Positions 52,173-63,933 of a DNA stretch of 64,000 nucleotides are shown here, piece by piece. The position numbers and the translations under genes are program-made. Position 1 is the first letter of the stretch. The number at the start of each line of letters is the position of its first letter. The notes under the pieces were generated by a model. The model was not told the DNA's origin. It saw only the letters and a list, made by a program, of their open reading frames with translations, and did no database searches. This DNA is from an uncultured Phycisphaerales bacterium (GTDB lineage: Bacteria; Planctomycetota; Phycisphaerae; Tepidisphaerales; Tepidisphaeraceae): assembly GCA_963758525.1 (NCBI GenBank), contig CAVWVQ010000003.1:4576001-4640000 (forward strand). Reading direction: 5' to 3'.

Positions 52173-53390
52173 ATGCTGAGATTTTTGTTGGGCATTTTCA
52201 TCTGTCTGGCTGGCGCGGGAGGTGCGTTTGCCGACGATTCCATTCGCCGCTCTGAAGTCGCAGCGGCCAGCGCGGATGCCCAGGAATCGCTGCGGCAGGA
52301 AATTCTTGCAACAGAAATCGAACCGGGACTGACCGTCGCCGACTTTGTTGCCACGAATGGCGGACCACAGGCGTTGCAGCCGGCGGTGGCGGCCGCCGAT
52401 CAGATTGGGGGAACGCGGTGGATCGACGATCAAACCTGCCAGATTCAGCTCGATGTGGATTCGAGAATCGTGCGCGACTTGCTGCTCAAGATCGCCAGCG
52501 ATCATCCGGATCATCTTCCGCTTCCCCTCAAACGTCTCAAGACCCGCCTGGGCAACTGGAGCCACCGCTCGTTTTCAGGAACCGGCACCAGCACCGCGCT
52601 GGTGGCAGCGGAGCAGCTTCGGCCCGCGGCCGGGCAGGCGGCCTGGGCTGTCGTGCAGGATGAAGACCGCCGCGCCGCGATCGCTGCCGCTCGACGGAAT
52701 GCGGCAACGCGGGTTCTGGACAGCATTCGCCCGATCACGATGCCCGACGGCAAATCCCTGGGCGACGCGCTGGACCAGCCGGGCGTTCAACCGCTAGTAA
52801 GCAACTGGCTGGCGACTCGCCCGATTACCACCGTTGAATTTCGCGACGATCTGGAAGTTCGCCTCACCATCGCCGTCGACAACAGCGACCTTTGGCAGGT
52901 GCTTCGCGATGCATTGCCCCGGCAAAACGCCGTGAAACTTCCCGCCGGGGAAGAGGGTTGGAAGCGGTTGAGGGAACAGGTCGAACGGCGCGCGGCCATT
53001 CCAGTCGGTCATGGCATCGTGGCGGTGAACGCTGCCGCTCCTGCGCAGCCGGCCGCGATTGTGCCGCAGCAGCCCCCGGCGTGGGTGGCGCAATCGATCG
53101 ACGCCGAAGGCATTTCCCGATCGGCGGGGCGACTGCTGAAGACGGCGCGCGTTGCCGAAGCAGTAGCCGACGAGAAGCTCGCCGCGAAAGTTAACGACCT
53201 TCCGCTCGGCCCGCATCTGAGCGTGGGACAAGCCTCACAACAGGACCCGCGCGTTGCTGAGGCCGTCTCAAGAGCGTTGGGAAGAGCCAAGGCGTTCAAG
53301 GTCGATTATGACTACCCTGAAACTGGGGCGGTGCGTGTCAAAGTCGGGCTCGACCTTGCCGATCTGTGGCAAGAATTGAACAACCGCTGA
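52173..53390 (+). CDS. Secreted hypothetical protein, possibly with LPP20-like repeats
   Basis: Signal peptide MLRFLLGIFICLAGAGGAFA; about three alpha/beta repeats ending ...C/V-x-V/I-x-L. Confidence 0.65.
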   Translation: MLRFLLGIFICLAGAGGAFADDSIRRSEVAAASADAQESLRQEILATEIEPGLTVADFVATNGGPQALQPAVAAADQIGGTRWIDDQTCQIQLDVDSRIVRDLLLKIASDHPDHLPLPLKRLKTRLGNWSHRSFSGTGTSTALVAAEQLRPAAGQAAWAVVQDEDRRAAIAAARRNAATRVLDSIRPITMPDGKSLGDALDQPGVQPLVSNWLATRPITTVEFRDDLEVRLTIAVDNSDLWQVLRDALPRQNAVKLPAGEEGWKRLREQVERRAAIPVGHGIVAVNAAAPAQPAAIVPQQPPAWVAQSIDAEGISRSAGRLLKTARVAEAVADEKLAAKVNDLPLGPHLSVGQASQQDPRVAEAVSRALGRAKAFKVDYDYPETGAVRVKVGLDLADLWQELNNR

Positions 53391-53496
53391 CGGTTGCCAT
53401 TGCAATAACGGCCCCTCCCCCGCGTATTGATCAGTACGAGAGGCCGGGTAGTCCACAGATCGCCCCCAACACCGATCGAATTGAGGAGAAAGCCGT

Positions 53497-53919
53497 ATGT
53501 CTCGCCTGACCAAGCCGTTTGTCACAGGATTATCCTGTATTTTGCTTCTATGCCTTGGGTCGACAGTTGCCTGGGGCGATTCAACCACCAGCCCTGCTAC
53601 CGGCACCATCAGCGGAACGGTAACTGGGGTGAACGGGCCGACCTCTGGGGTCACCATCAAAGTTTTCCCGTTCCATGGGAAGGGTGCCCGGTCTGCGGGA
53701 ACAGCCACGACCGGGAAGCATCGCAAACACGGCCCCGCAGCTGGCACGGCGGTTACGGATACCAATGGCGCGTTCTCCATCCCGAATCTCCCCGACGGCA
53801 ATTACATCGTTGTTGCCATTCTCAAGGGTGTTGGAACGGGTCACGCCAAGGCAGATCTCTCGGGAACCACTGTCTCGGTCAGCATCACACTGACGAATCA
53901 CCGCGCAAAAAATAAGTAA
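53497..53919 (+). CDS. Secreted carboxypeptidase-regulatory-like beta-sandwich protein
   Basis: Signal peptide; TGTISGTV...TDTNGAFSIPNLPDGNY. Confidence 0.75.
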   Translation: MSRLTKPFVTGLSCILLLCLGSTVAWGDSTTSPATGTISGTVTGVNGPTSGVTIKVFPFHGKGARSAGTATTGKHRKHGPAAGTAVTDTNGAFSIPNLPDGNYIVVAILKGVGTGHAKADLSGTTVSVSITLTNHRAKNK

Positions 53920-54253
53920 ATTATTGGAACCTGAATGTGGTGATGGGCGTATCTGTGGGGATGTGTCTTCCGGAGGCGGTCGTCTTGCCTCGGCTCGGTG
54001 AGTGATAGTTTTCAACTCTGAGTCGGTGTTTCTGATGATCCAGAGGCGTCGTGCTGTTGCGCGACGCCTCGTGCTTTGGCAGGGAGCCCAGATGGCATCC
54101 GAAAGTGATGCTCGATTTAACGCAAGGCGTTTCGAGTCGTTTTCCGGCATGGGATGGCGCCGCTCGCTTCGCGTCGTCGCGGATCGTGGACGAAGCCGCA
54201 GGGCCCGGCACGTCGATCCTCGCTCCTTCCCGCTCGGCAATATGCCGCTGTCC

Positions 54254-56179
54254 TCACCGGCCACCGGGGTCTGGCGCCGAACGCAGTCTCTGCAACTCGA
54301 CCTGAGCCATATTGTATTCGTCGTAATTCTGCTGGCCGGTTGCAATACATTTGGCGAAGTACTCAGCGGCGGTCTTGTCGTCGCCGGCGATCGATCTGAT
54401 CTTGCCGGCGTAATACCAGGCTTCGCAAAGGTTGCCGCTGCGACTTGACGCGTCCGATGCCTCAGCCGCGGCCAAAAGGTCGGGCTCTTTTAACTGGCCA
54501 AGGAAGAACGCGATCAGTGCGGCATGCCATTCGTGAGGGTCCTTCACGTCGCGCATTTTCTGGTACGCCGCCAGATCACGGTCTGCCGCTTCCTTGTCGC
54601 CAAGCTGAACGCGCGTCATCCAGATCCACAGTTTTGAGTAATAGAAGTTCTGGTCATTCGGTTGGAGGCGCTTCGCATATTGTTCGAGGTCCGGCAGAGC
54701 ATCCTTTGCATCTCCGCTGGCTTGCAGCCGCAGGCCGCGAGCCTTGAAGGCGCCGGCCACCGCAAGTTCCTCGCCCGGCATGTGGATCAGCAGTTTGAAC
54801 GCGGGATCATGGTTTGCGTTTAGCACATCGTTCTGCTGCTTAACTATCTCGCTATGGCCATTCGACTCAGCGGCCGCACGGTAGTCCATCCGCGCGCTCA
54901 CCGCCTGGGGGTTGTATGCCAGATACCCCTCGTAGAGATTCTGCACGTCCTTCCACGTGGAAGGCTCTACCTTGTGCAACTCGGCAAGCGCCTGCTCCAA
55001 CACATGCTGCCGTTCCCACTCCGTTTGCGCGGTGGCAGACAGCTCGCGAAAGCGGTCCTCGACAATGTTCTTTTGCGATTGCAGCAGCAGGAAGGGAATA
55101 CGATCGTCCCAGCGTTTGGTAGCAAGGCACTCCCGGCCAAAGGCGAGTTGATCATCGGCAGTCCCGTGCCACTTCGGCGCGAGCCAGTAGAGCTTTCTGT
55201 CGTAAGCGGCATAGCAGCCTGGATCGGCAGCGATCGCGCGCTGGAAGTATTTTTCCATCTCCGCGCGATTTCCGTCGCTGCCAAGCTGTACGCTGATCAT
55301 TTCCGCTGCCGCCGCCGCGCAATTTGGATCTTTGTTCAGTGCGGCATCCAACGCCTCTTTTGCTACAGCAAGCCGCTCGGCAAACCGCCGCCAGCCTTCG
55401 GCGGTGACGGTCCCCGCAAATCCATTCCCGCGCGCATCCCACGCATATTTGCGGTAGGCAATTCCTTTAAACAGCTCAGCCAGCGGCGCATCCGGCTGCG
55501 CCTTTGCCATCATCTGGCTGATTCGATCAATCGTTGGCTTGCGATCTCCGTCCGGTGCCAGTCCCATCTCGGTCAGGTCGACGCAGATATCGGCGAGCTT
55601 GGCTTGCGGAATCTCCCGTTCGGCAAGCATTCCCGGAAGATTGTCCAGCGCCTCCCGCATGAGGCGCTGCCTGGTCTGGGTTGCGTCGGACCACAGGCCC
55701 GCCATCCACTGCGCGTACCTGCCGAGCCGAATGAACGTATAGGCTTTGAGAAATGGAGCGTACTTGGAACCAGTCGCGTTGCTTTCGAGGTCCTTGAGTA
55801 TGTCGGGGTCCGGATAGACGCCCGATGGCGAGGCCATCATTGCATGCATTTGGTTGTAGAGCACGAGCGGGTCACGGCATCTCTCCAGGACCGCATGGTC
55901 GGCATAATAGAGTATCTGGACGTCAATATCCGGATCGGCCATCGACAGCATCCACCGCCGGACCGACAAATCGAGCGCCTTGCGCGCATCGGAATCCCAA
56001 CTCGGATCATGTTGGCCGACCTTCTCGTAGGCATCGACAATATTCTTCCGAAAGAATGCCTCCCGCCGGGCGGTCTCCGCCGATGCAGGCGGTGTGTCGG
56101 CATCCCCTTTCTCGCCGCTCGCCGCAGCGCTGACTCCCAGAGCAACAACAATGGCAAAAGCAGTGATCAAGTGTCGCAT
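54254..56179 (-). CDS. Secreted DUF4034-like/TPR protein with an NlpI-like C-terminus
   Basis: Signal peptide; AWDARGNGFAGTVTAEGWRRFAERL, LAPKWHG; C-term LCEAWYYAG. Confidence 0.72.
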   Translation of the reverse strand: MRHLITAFAIVVALGVSAAASGEKGDADTPPASAETARREAFFRKNIVDAYEKVGQHDPSWDSDARKALDLSVRRWMLSMADPDIDVQILYYADHAVLERCRDPLVLYNQMHAMMASPSGVYPDPDILKDLESNATGSKYAPFLKAYTFIRLGRYAQWMAGLWSDATQTRQRLMREALDNLPGMLAEREIPQAKLADICVDLTEMGLAPDGDRKPTIDRISQMMAKAQPDAPLAELFKGIAYRKYAWDARGNGFAGTVTAEGWRRFAERLAVAKEALDAALNKDPNCAAAAAEMISVQLGSDGNRAEMEKYFQRAIAADPGCYAAYDRKLYWLAPKWHGTADDQLAFGRECLATKRWDDRIPFLLLQSQKNIVEDRFRELSATAQTEWERQHVLEQALAELHKVEPSTWKDVQNLYEGYLAYNPQAVSARMDYRAAAESNGHSEIVKQQNDVLNANHDPAFKLLIHMPGEELAVAGAFKARGLRLQASGDAKDALPDLEQYAKRLQPNDQNFYYSKLWIWMTRVQLGDKEAADRDLAAYQKMRDVKDPHEWHAALIAFFLGQLKEPDLLAAAEASDASSRSGNLCEAWYYAGKIRSIAGDDKTAAEYFAKCIATGQQNYDEYNMAQVELQRLRSAPDPGGR

Positions 56180-56341
56180 GAAGACTCCCTCCAGATCTTT
56201 CATGGTCCTCAAATCGTAAACTCCATCAAGTTTTCGCCCGCTTGGAGGGCATGCAACCAATCTATCCACAGGGCGTCCTGCGCCTGGCTAACCATTGGCA
56301 GAGACCGTCGTGTACCCCCACTGTCATCTCGTTTTCCGGCC

Positions 56342-56980
56342 TCAGCTCAGCGCCGCCTGGACGTACGGGTTGTGCGCGCGTTCCTCGTCGAGCGTGCTGG
56401 CATGCCCGTGACCGGAAAGAAGACGCGTCGCCCCCGGAAGCTTCATCACGCGGCGAATGGACTCGTTGAGCGCCTCCGGGTCGGAATCAGGCAGATCGGT
56501 GCGTCCGACGGCGTTCATGATGATCAAATCTCCGCCGATCAACACCTGCTCTTTGGGAAAGTGAAACATCACGTGCCCCGGGGCGTGGCCGGGAGTGTGA
56601 ATCACCTCCAGTTCAAGTGATCCGATTTTCAGCTTCTGCCCGTCATGCAGATGCGCGTCTGCCGAGCGCGCCGGGATGACGAACGGAAGCGGGAAAAACT
56701 TGCTTTGCGGCTTCTGCAGCTTGGGCTCATCCAGCGGATGAATCAGCAGCTTCGCATCGGGAAATCGTTGTGTGACGATCGCATGATCCGCGAGATGATC
56801 GAAGTGACCGTGCGTGAGCCACAGGCCGATGACCTGGTATCCGCGTGACTCGGCCTCGTCGAGCAGGGGGGCGACGGTGTCGTTGGGCGCATCGAAGATC
56901 ACGGCCTGCTTTGTCTGGTCGTCGGCGACGAGATAGCAATTGGTGACGGCAATGCCGCCGGTATTGGCGATGACTGTCAT
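56342..56980 (-). CDS. Metallo-beta-lactamase-fold hydrolase (glyoxalase II-like)
   Basis: THGHFDH, HTPGHAPGH, GDL, GRTDLP; ATGA overlap with the upstream gene. Confidence 0.92.
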   Translation of the reverse strand: MTVIANTGGIAVTNCYLVADDQTKQAVIFDAPNDTVAPLLDEAESRGYQVIGLWLTHGHFDHLADHAIVTQRFPDAKLLIHPLDEPKLQKPQSKFFPLPFVIPARSADAHLHDGQKLKIGSLELEVIHTPGHAPGHVMFHFPKEQVLIGGDLIIMNAVGRTDLPDSDPEALNESIRRVMKLPGATRLLSGHGHASTLDEERAHNPYVQAALS

Positions 56981-58000
56981 TGGGGACTTCCGATCGCGGA
57001 AAGCAGCGCCATCAGCGTTCGCATGGTGCCGATGGAATCGGCCCGCGTGACTCTCGGCGGTGCGCCGTCCAGAACGCTGGCGGCAAAATCGTCGGCTTCC
57101 AGCGCGTAGAGCCCGCCGGGGGAGCTGACGGAAAACGTTTCGCGGGGCGGCACGGTTCCAATGAAGAGGCCTTTGGCCTTGTCCATTCGGGGCGGAGTGG
57201 AAAACCCCAGATGCCATTGCGCGTTCTCCACAGGCGGTTTCCACGGGACGGGAATTTCGATGTATCCCCCGCTGCCGCTGAGCGTGGCGGCGTTGTCCGC
57301 CTGTAAGCTCATGCCGCAGATAAAAGTGGCAATCACACCGCCTGGGAATTGCATCGCGCCGCCGGCGATTTCATCGACGCCATTGGGATGAAATTTCGCA
57401 TAGGCGGATACCGCCTTGGGCTCTTCGCCGGTGAACAGACGCGAGAAGTCGACGCAGTAACAGCCGATATCCATCAGCGCGCCGCCGTTCAATTCCGGTT
57501 GGAAGCGGATGTTATTGTCGATGCGCGCGGTGCGGTAGCAGAAGCTGGTTCGGATGGTTTTCAAATCCCCGATCGCGCCGCGCCGAACCGCTTCGAGCAC
57601 GGCCAACGTCTGGGGATGCGAGCGATACATGAATGCCTCGACCAGCACCCGTCCCGCGCGCTGCGCAACGTCGAACATCTCCTGGGCCTCTGCAACGTTC
57701 GTTGCCAGCGGCTTCTCGCAAAGGACGTGCTTCCCCGCCTCGAGCGCCTTGATCGTCCATTCATGATGCATTGAGTTCGGCAGCGACAGGTAAATCGCGT
57801 CAACATCCTTGCGCGAGCAACTCCGCATAGGAGCCGGCCGCGACGGGAATCCCATTTGCCGATGCGAAGGCGCTGGCCGTTTCGGCTTTGCGGGATCCGA
57901 CTGCCTGCAACTGGCATCGGCTTGCATTCCGCAGATCGGCGCAGAATTGCCGTGCGATGTTTCCGGTGCCCAGAATTCCCCAGCGCAGCGTTTCGCTCAT
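56977..58000 (-). CDS. Gfo/Idh/MocA oxidoreductase (frameshift near 57810)
   Basis: LRWGILGTGNIA, GKHVLCEKP, EAFMYR, GGALMDIGCY. Confidence 0.92.
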
Positions 58001-58046
58001 GGCGTGCAGAATACACTGGCGTTGCAACCGCTGACAATCCGCAAGG

Positions 58047-58643
58047 CTATTGGGCGTGTTGCAGAACCAGCGGTTTGGCGCCCGGGAGGTTTGTGCCGTC
58101 GGGCGCCATGGGGATGAAGGTGATCTGCTCTTTCGCGAAGGTGACGCGCCAACGGTTGTGTTTCTGATCGTCCGCGGTGGAATTGGTCCACATTTCGACA
58201 ACATCATCGGAGGGCATGGCCCAATGGCCGGCTTCGTGATGCGGGGAAGTGAGCCACGATTGCTGATAGGTGCCGTTGTCGGCGAATTCAGTAATAAAGG
58301 CGTTGCCGTCGCGCAGGTTGCCTCCCTGCCAGCGTCCGACCAATTTTGCCGACGGACCGGTGAGCGCCGAAGCTGTGGCGGCGGGATTCGTCGTGGGGGT
58401 TGCGATGGCAAGCGCCTCGCGGAGCTGCGCAACCTCACGGGAAAGGTCAGCGTTCTCCTCGCGCAGACGGCGGTTCTCGATTCGCAGCCGCTCAACCTCG
58501 CTGAGCGGTTGAGTGGAGGCCGGCCGGGTCGTCAGCTTCTCGTGAAGCCGGCGCTGCGCCTCCTCAATCGAGACCTGGGCCGAGGCAACCGCCGCCAGCA
58601 CCAGCAGAATCGGAATGGATATGCGTCCACGCATCATCATCAT
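58047..58643 (-). CDS. Secreted hypothetical protein with a coiled coil and a beta domain
   Basis: Signal peptide; EVERLRIENRRLREENADL; LVGRWQ. Confidence 0.7.
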   Translation of the reverse strand: MMMMRGRISIPILLVLAAVASAQVSIEEAQRRLHEKLTTRPASTQPLSEVERLRIENRRLREENADLSREVAQLREALAIATPTTNPAATASALTGPSAKLVGRWQGGNLRDGNAFITEFADNGTYQQSWLTSPHHEAGHWAMPSDDVVEMWTNSTADDQKHNRWRVTFAKEQITFIPMAPDGTNLPGAKPLVLQHAQ

Positions 58644-59763
58644 CAGTTCGCTGGTTCGGGAACGTCCCCCGAGTCCGCGCCCGTGGCATTCTGGGCTGCT
58701 GCGGCGGCACCAGCCAGGAACTGGCGCACGTGAAGCATGTTGAGCACCGCAATGGCGATCAGCACGAGTGCGACCGCGAACAACGCGATCGACATCCAGA
58801 CCGGGAAGTCCGAGATCGGCGATTCCTCTCCGACGACAAACTTCAGCGCTCCGGCGACAACGAACATGAAACCAGAGACGAGCAATACCGGAATTGCGGT
58901 CTGCCGCGCGTCGATGGATTTCGTGTTCAGCATCGCGAGGTGCGCCCTCGGCGCGGCAGCGCGCGCATGTCCCAAATATTCCATCGGCGCGGCCGGCACA
59001 TTCACGGAGTCGTCGCCCTCAACCACGTGCGTCATTGCCTCGGCCTGCTCCGCGTGCTGCGTTTCCGCATCGACCGGTTCTTGCTGCTCAGGAACGGTGA
59101 TCTCATCGGAGCGCATCGGCGAAGCAGCGCGCGCGGGTCCGGCGGATCGCGTGGGATCGACGGCGCGCTGCTGCCGGGGGGGGGCATTTTTGATCGGGGC
59201 GGAAGGTTCGCGGGTCTGCCGGGGACAGCCCGAGGTGCGGCGGGACGTGCGGGTGGTGTCGATGCGGGGTCCGCCGCTCGAGCGCCAGGCGAGGCGGCGC
59301 GCGTCGGGGCGCCTGGCGCCGCAGGTCGACCGGAGCTGCCGGGAGCGGCGCTACGCGCTGGCCCGCCGGGCGCGGCAGGGCGGACGGCGCCGCCCGCGGC
59401 AGCGCTGCGCGCTGGCCCGGCGGGCGCAGCAGGGCGGCCAACGCCGCCCGGCGCGGCGCCGTGCGCTGGCGCGCCGGGAGCAGGCGGGCGGACGGCGCCA
59501 CCCGGCGCGGCCGCGCGCGGCGAGGCGCCTGGCCCGGGCGGGCGCGCTGGGGTGCCTCCTGCCGGAGCAGCGGCGCGCGGGGTTCCGGGAGCGGGAGCGC
59601 GCGGGGCAGCCGAAGCCGGTCGCGGGGTGCGCGGCGGCGCGGGAGGCGATGGCGGGGGATCGGAATACGTTTCCCCCGCTGCACTATCGGACGGCTCGGA
59701 ATGCTCTCCGCTGGCCAGACCCTCCAAGGCGCGGGCGAGGTCGTCGTTGCTTTGATTTGCCAT
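58643..59763 (-). CDS. Pro/Ala-rich hypothetical protein with two C-terminal TM helices (frameshift near 59110)
   Basis: ORFs 59032..59790 and 58643..59116 join; MANQSNDDLARALE start. Confidence 0.6.
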
Positions 59764-59882
59764 CAGCGTTTCTCCCGACGACCCATTCATCTTACGCCAT
59801 TTATCGCGTTCCGAGAAGATTAGGGTGTCGCAAGCGCGTTTCGGATTGTTGCGTCTGAAGCAACCTGATTATAGTGCCTCCC

Positions 59883-60776
59883 GTGGCTGGGCCAAGGGAG
59901 CAATCCGTTCGGCAGCCCGCCGTGGCCGGGACGTTCTATCCTGCCGACGCCGCAGGATGCCGCGATTTGGCTCGCTCGTACCTGCAACCGAGCGACAAGC
60001 TCCCGCCCGACATGACCCGGCTGTGTGGGGCGATTGTGCCGCACGCAGGCTGGATCTGCAGCGGCGCCATCGCGGGCGAAGCGATCGGAACTGTGGCTCG
60101 GTTCGCTCCAGCCGACGTGGTGGTGGTGTTTGGCGCGGTGCACACGCCGGTGAAGATCGGATGCGCAGCGCTGGATATCGACGACTGCTGGCAGATGCCC
60201 GGGGAGGCGTCCGACGTCGCGGTTGACGCCCGGCGAGCATTGGAAAAAGCAAGTGAATTCTTCCGCGTCGATGCGCGCCTGCATGTGCAGGAGCATGCAG
60301 TGGAAGTCGAGGTGCCGCTCATTCAGGCCGCATGGCCTGGTGTTCGGTTGCTTCCGATCGAAGTGCCGCTCATTCACGCTGCGGCAGAGATCGGGAAGCG
60401 CACCGCCGAGCGGGTGCTGGACAGCGGTCAGCGAGCCGTGTTTTTGGCGAGCAGCGATCTGACGCACTATGGGCCGGCGTACGGGTTCGCCCCTGCGGGG
60501 GTCGGTTTGCAGGGACTGCAGTGGGCTGGCGAGAACGACCGCCGGTTGTTGTCGCTGGTAACTGGAATGTCGGCAGAGCAGGTGGTACCGGAGGTTCAGG
60601 AAAGGCGTAACGCCTGTGGCGGCGGAGCGATCGCTGCGATGCTGGCGGCGTGTCGCGTTGCCGGGGCTGGCAAGGGCTGGGTGTTGCGTCACGCCAACAG
60701 CGTTGAAACGCTGTCAACCGTGGCCCCCCAACCGCCAACGGACGCGGTTGGATACGCCGCGGTGGTGATCGGATAA
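59883..60776 (+). CDS. amrB: MEMO1-family protein (AmmeMemoRadiSam system protein B)
   Basis: RQPAVAGTFYP, PHAGW, EHAVEVEVP, ASSDLTHYG, ACGGG, VGYA. Confidence 0.92.
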   Translation: MAGPREQSVRQPAVAGTFYPADAAGCRDLARSYLQPSDKLPPDMTRLCGAIVPHAGWICSGAIAGEAIGTVARFAPADVVVVFGAVHTPVKIGCAALDIDDCWQMPGEASDVAVDARRALEKASEFFRVDARLHVQEHAVEVEVPLIQAAWPGVRLLPIEVPLIHAAAEIGKRTAERVLDSGQRAVFLASSDLTHYGPAYGFAPAGVGLQGLQWAGENDRRLLSLVTGMSAEQVVPEVQERRNACGGGAIAAMLAACRVAGAGKGWVLRHANSVETLSTVAPQPPTDAVGYAAVVIG

Positions 60777-60981
60777 GTGTCAGTGCGCAGAACATCAACG
60801 TACGCGGGTGAACAGCGGTGTTTGTAAGCAACATGCGTGATAAACCTCAATCGGAGGCGGCCAAGGGATTGGCCCAACAAAGGTCATTTCCGCTGCTGGC
60901 TGCGGAAGGGCGACCTGCTGAAGCGGCTGCATGGATGTGGAATGCCATTTGCCAAGCATAACTTCGTAAGGACCATCATCC

Positions 60982-61247
60982 ATGAATGAGCACGAATTTC
61001 AGTCCAAGTTGGCGGAGCTGATGGGAGAAATCAGCACGCTTCCAGCCAGTGAGCGGGTCAAGCTGGAAAAGCTCGCCGTCGAAACGCGCCAGCGCCATGG
61101 CGCCTGCGCCAGACCGTCAGCAGCCTTCAGGAGAGCCTCGATTACCTGCGGCTGAGCATCAAATACCTGGTGTTCGACCTCGAAGCGACGCGGCGCGAGA
61201 ACGGGTACCTCCGCAAGATGCTGGAAGAGACGCACGGCAATGATTAA
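60982..61247 (+). CDS. Small coiled-coil protein (frameshift near 61100)
   Basis: MNEHEFQSKLAELMGEISTLP.../LRQTVSSLQESLDYLRLSIKYLVFDLEATRRENGYLRKMLEE. Confidence 0.75.
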
Positions 61248-61389
61248 ACGAGCGAGCGCGGGAGCACACTCCTGGAAAATGCGATGAGACTTCGACGGGA
61301 TCACTGAGTATACGATCTGAACGGCCGCGAGAAGCGCGGACGCGAGCGACCACATCAACCGATCTAGGGGGTATTAGATCTGCATCCGA

Positions 61390-61419
61390 CAGGCGTCCAT
61401 TCGGACGCCTGGTTTATTT
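61390..61419 (+). terminator. Rho-independent terminator
   Basis: CAGGCGTCC-ATTC-GGACGCCTG followed by GTTTATTT. Confidence 0.7.
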
Positions 61420-61471
61420 GATTTCCATGGGGGTGTAACTTTTATTTGTGGCGATTGCAGATTTTGCGATC

Positions 61472-61539
61472 GTAGGGCGGGATTCATCCCGCCGTTTTCT
61501 CAGCCGGCCAACAAATCGGCTGGATGAATCCCGCCCTAC
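61472..61539. repeat. GTAG-type REP doublet (REPIN), copy 2
   Basis: GTAGGGCGGGATTCATCCCGCCG ... CGGCTGGATGAATCCCGCCCTAC; left arm identical to 6342, different spacer. Confidence 0.88.
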
Positions 61540-61780
61540 TCGGAGCCGATCGCCACTTTCGAGCGCCACACCCTTTCCATGGTGTTGCGTTTTCCAGCGA
61601 TTGACTTGCGCAAAAACGACGATATATGCAGTTCTACGCACCGTTGAAGAAGCTGAAGGTGGCGCCGCGAAGCACGGTTTTTCAGCTCCCTGCGGCGCGC
61701 ACTCTGCCCGATTGCTCCATGAGGTTCAGGTTGGACGACCTGAATATATCCGGCCGGAGCCACCACGACGGAGTTTACTT

Positions 61781-62083
61781 GTGAGCGATTGGATCACCGC
61801 GGCGGTCACGGCGCTGGCATGCTTTGCCATCACTGGCGGCTGCGTCGTTTATCTCTACAAAGCGTCAGGGCGTCTCCGCTGGTCGCGACGCAGCAAAACG
61901 CTGGTGCTGCGTCACCCGCTGCCTGTGGTTTTCTGGACCAAGATCATCGTCGTCGGTGCTGGCGCTCTGCTCTGCCTGTCCATGGGAATCCTGCTGCTCG
62001 TCTTTCATGGTCACCGATTCCTGCATTCGGCAGATTCTCAGAAACCGTTGTTTGAACAAGTGCGACCTGACGCGAATCCATGA
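61781..62083 (+). CDS. Small two-TM hypothetical protein
   Basis: GTG start after GGAG; two hydrophobic segments. Confidence 0.5.
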   Translation: MSDWITAAVTALACFAITGGCVVYLYKASGRLRWSRRSKTLVLRHPLPVVFWTKIIVVGAGALLCLSMGILLLVFHGHRFLHSADSQKPLFEQVRPDANP

Positions 62084-62200
62084 CACGCTGATTAGATCGC
62101 CCGCTCCCCCGGGATTACTGCGCTGGGCGGATTACTGCGCTTTCCGCTTCCCCGCGAAGCGGCTACCATCGCAGCGGGCGGCGGTATCAACGGAGTCTGC

Positions 62201-63616
62201 ATGAGTCGAGAGAAGTTTGCCTGGCTGGTTAGCATCATTCTCATCGCGATGCTCGCATTTCACCTGCCGGGCTCATTCGCGCCGGGACGACGACTACAAC
62301 TTCGTCCGCACCCTCATCGACATTCATCGCGAAGTCTCCACGAACTACGTCGACCCCGTCGACGAGGACAAACTGGCTCAGGGAGCCATCGATGGGATGC
62401 TGGGCACCCTCGACCCGTTTACCGTGTATGTTCCGCCGGGGCGGAAGGACGACTTTGACCGGCTCCTCGAGGGAAGCTTCAAGGGTGTCGGCATTCAGTT
62501 GGATCAACTGGAAAACGGGGACATTGAGGTCGTCACGCCGATCGACGACAGCCCCGCCTTCAAGGCGGGCGTTCTCGCCGGCGACAAGATTCTCAAGGTC
62601 AACGGCGCTGATCTGCGCAACACGCGCCTCGACGATGTGATCAAGCGCATCACCGGCCCGATCGGCAGCGAAGTGCATCTGACCATCCAGCATTCCGACG
62701 GCCAGATCGTCGAACTAACGATGAAGCGGCAGGAAGTCGTCGTGCCGACCGTGAAGGGGTATCAGCGCAACGCGGATAATTCGTGGGACTACTATGTCGT
62801 GAAGGATCCCAAAATCGCTTACCTGCGCATCACGCAATTCACCAGCGACACGTTCGACAAGCTCAAGGGTGCACTTGGCCCGTTGCTCCAGGATGGGATG
62901 AAGGGGCTGATCCTCGACCTGCGATTCAATCCCGGCGGCAGGCTGGATCAGGCGAAGGACGTGGTGAATCTGTTTGTGCGCGACGGCGTGATCGTCGTTA
63001 CCAAGGGGCGCAATCGAGCCGAGGAAATCACCCGCACAAGCCGGAGGAGGCGCTGCCCGATTTTCCGATGGTGGTGCTGGTCAACGAGCATTCCGCCAGC
63101 GCGTCGGAAATCGTTTCAGGCAGCCTGATGGACAATCATCGCGCGCTGGTGATCGGGACGCGCACCTACGGAAAAGGATCTGTGCAGGAACTGATTCCGC
63201 TGGAAGGCGGCGGCGAGCTGAAGATGACCGTCGCCTATTATTATCTGCCAAGCGGCCGGCTCGTGCATCGCAAGAAGGATGCGAAGGACTGGGGCGTGGA
63301 GCCGCAAATCGTGGTGCCGATGGACGAACAGGGCGAGAAACAGGTTTTGCAGGATCATTACGAGCAGGAGCTGTTTCACAAACCACTGACCAAGCAGACG
63401 ACGCGGCCGACGCCCGGCTCAACGCAGCCGGCGGTGCCCGCGACGCAGCCGATCGATCCGCAGTTGGAAGCCGCCATCAGCACCATGATCGGCCACGAGA
63501 TTTTGAGCGGCCGTGTCGAGCTGCCGGCCGCGCCGGCGCAAGCGCCACCGGCGCCATCGCCGATTCCGGCTTCGGCGCCATCCACTCAGCCGACGACGGA
63601 TCCTGGGGACAACTGA
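62201..63616 (+). CDS. S41 carboxyl-terminal processing protease (frameshifts near 62275 and 63040)
   Basis: [41 protein letters not shown]. Confidence 0.93.
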
Positions 63617-63636
63617 GTGACCATCTTGACCGCGGA

Positions 63637-63933
63637 ATGAGCAGAGGCAAGAATCCGTCGGTCGAGAGCGACGGAACGATGCGTCTGATCGCAAGGAGAT
63701 GCATGTCACTGAAATCACCAGCTCGGAAACTCCGGAACAAGCGGCCCCGTGCTCAGGCGCGCACGTCAACTCATCCATCGTTCCCAGCGCTTGACCCCAA
63801 CGCGAATGCTCTTCCGTTCAGGGTAACGGCATTAGCGGCAGCCGCCTTTAAGCCGCCAGCAATTTCTGATGCGATCGAAAGCCTGCCGCTTTTCGACAAA
63901 TCGAAGGCAGTCCGCGTCGCCAAGAAGAAGTGA
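63637..63933 (+). CDS. Basic hypothetical protein
   Basis: ORF only, no recognisable motif. Confidence 0.3.
   Translation: MSRGKNPSVESDGTMRLIARRCMSLKSPARKLRNKRPRAQARTSTHPSFPALDPNANALPFRVTALAAAAFKPPAISDAIESLPLFDKSKAVRVAKKK

Noticed and set aside
53921..54250. Small ORFs between convergent genes
   Set aside because: No recognisable coding signal
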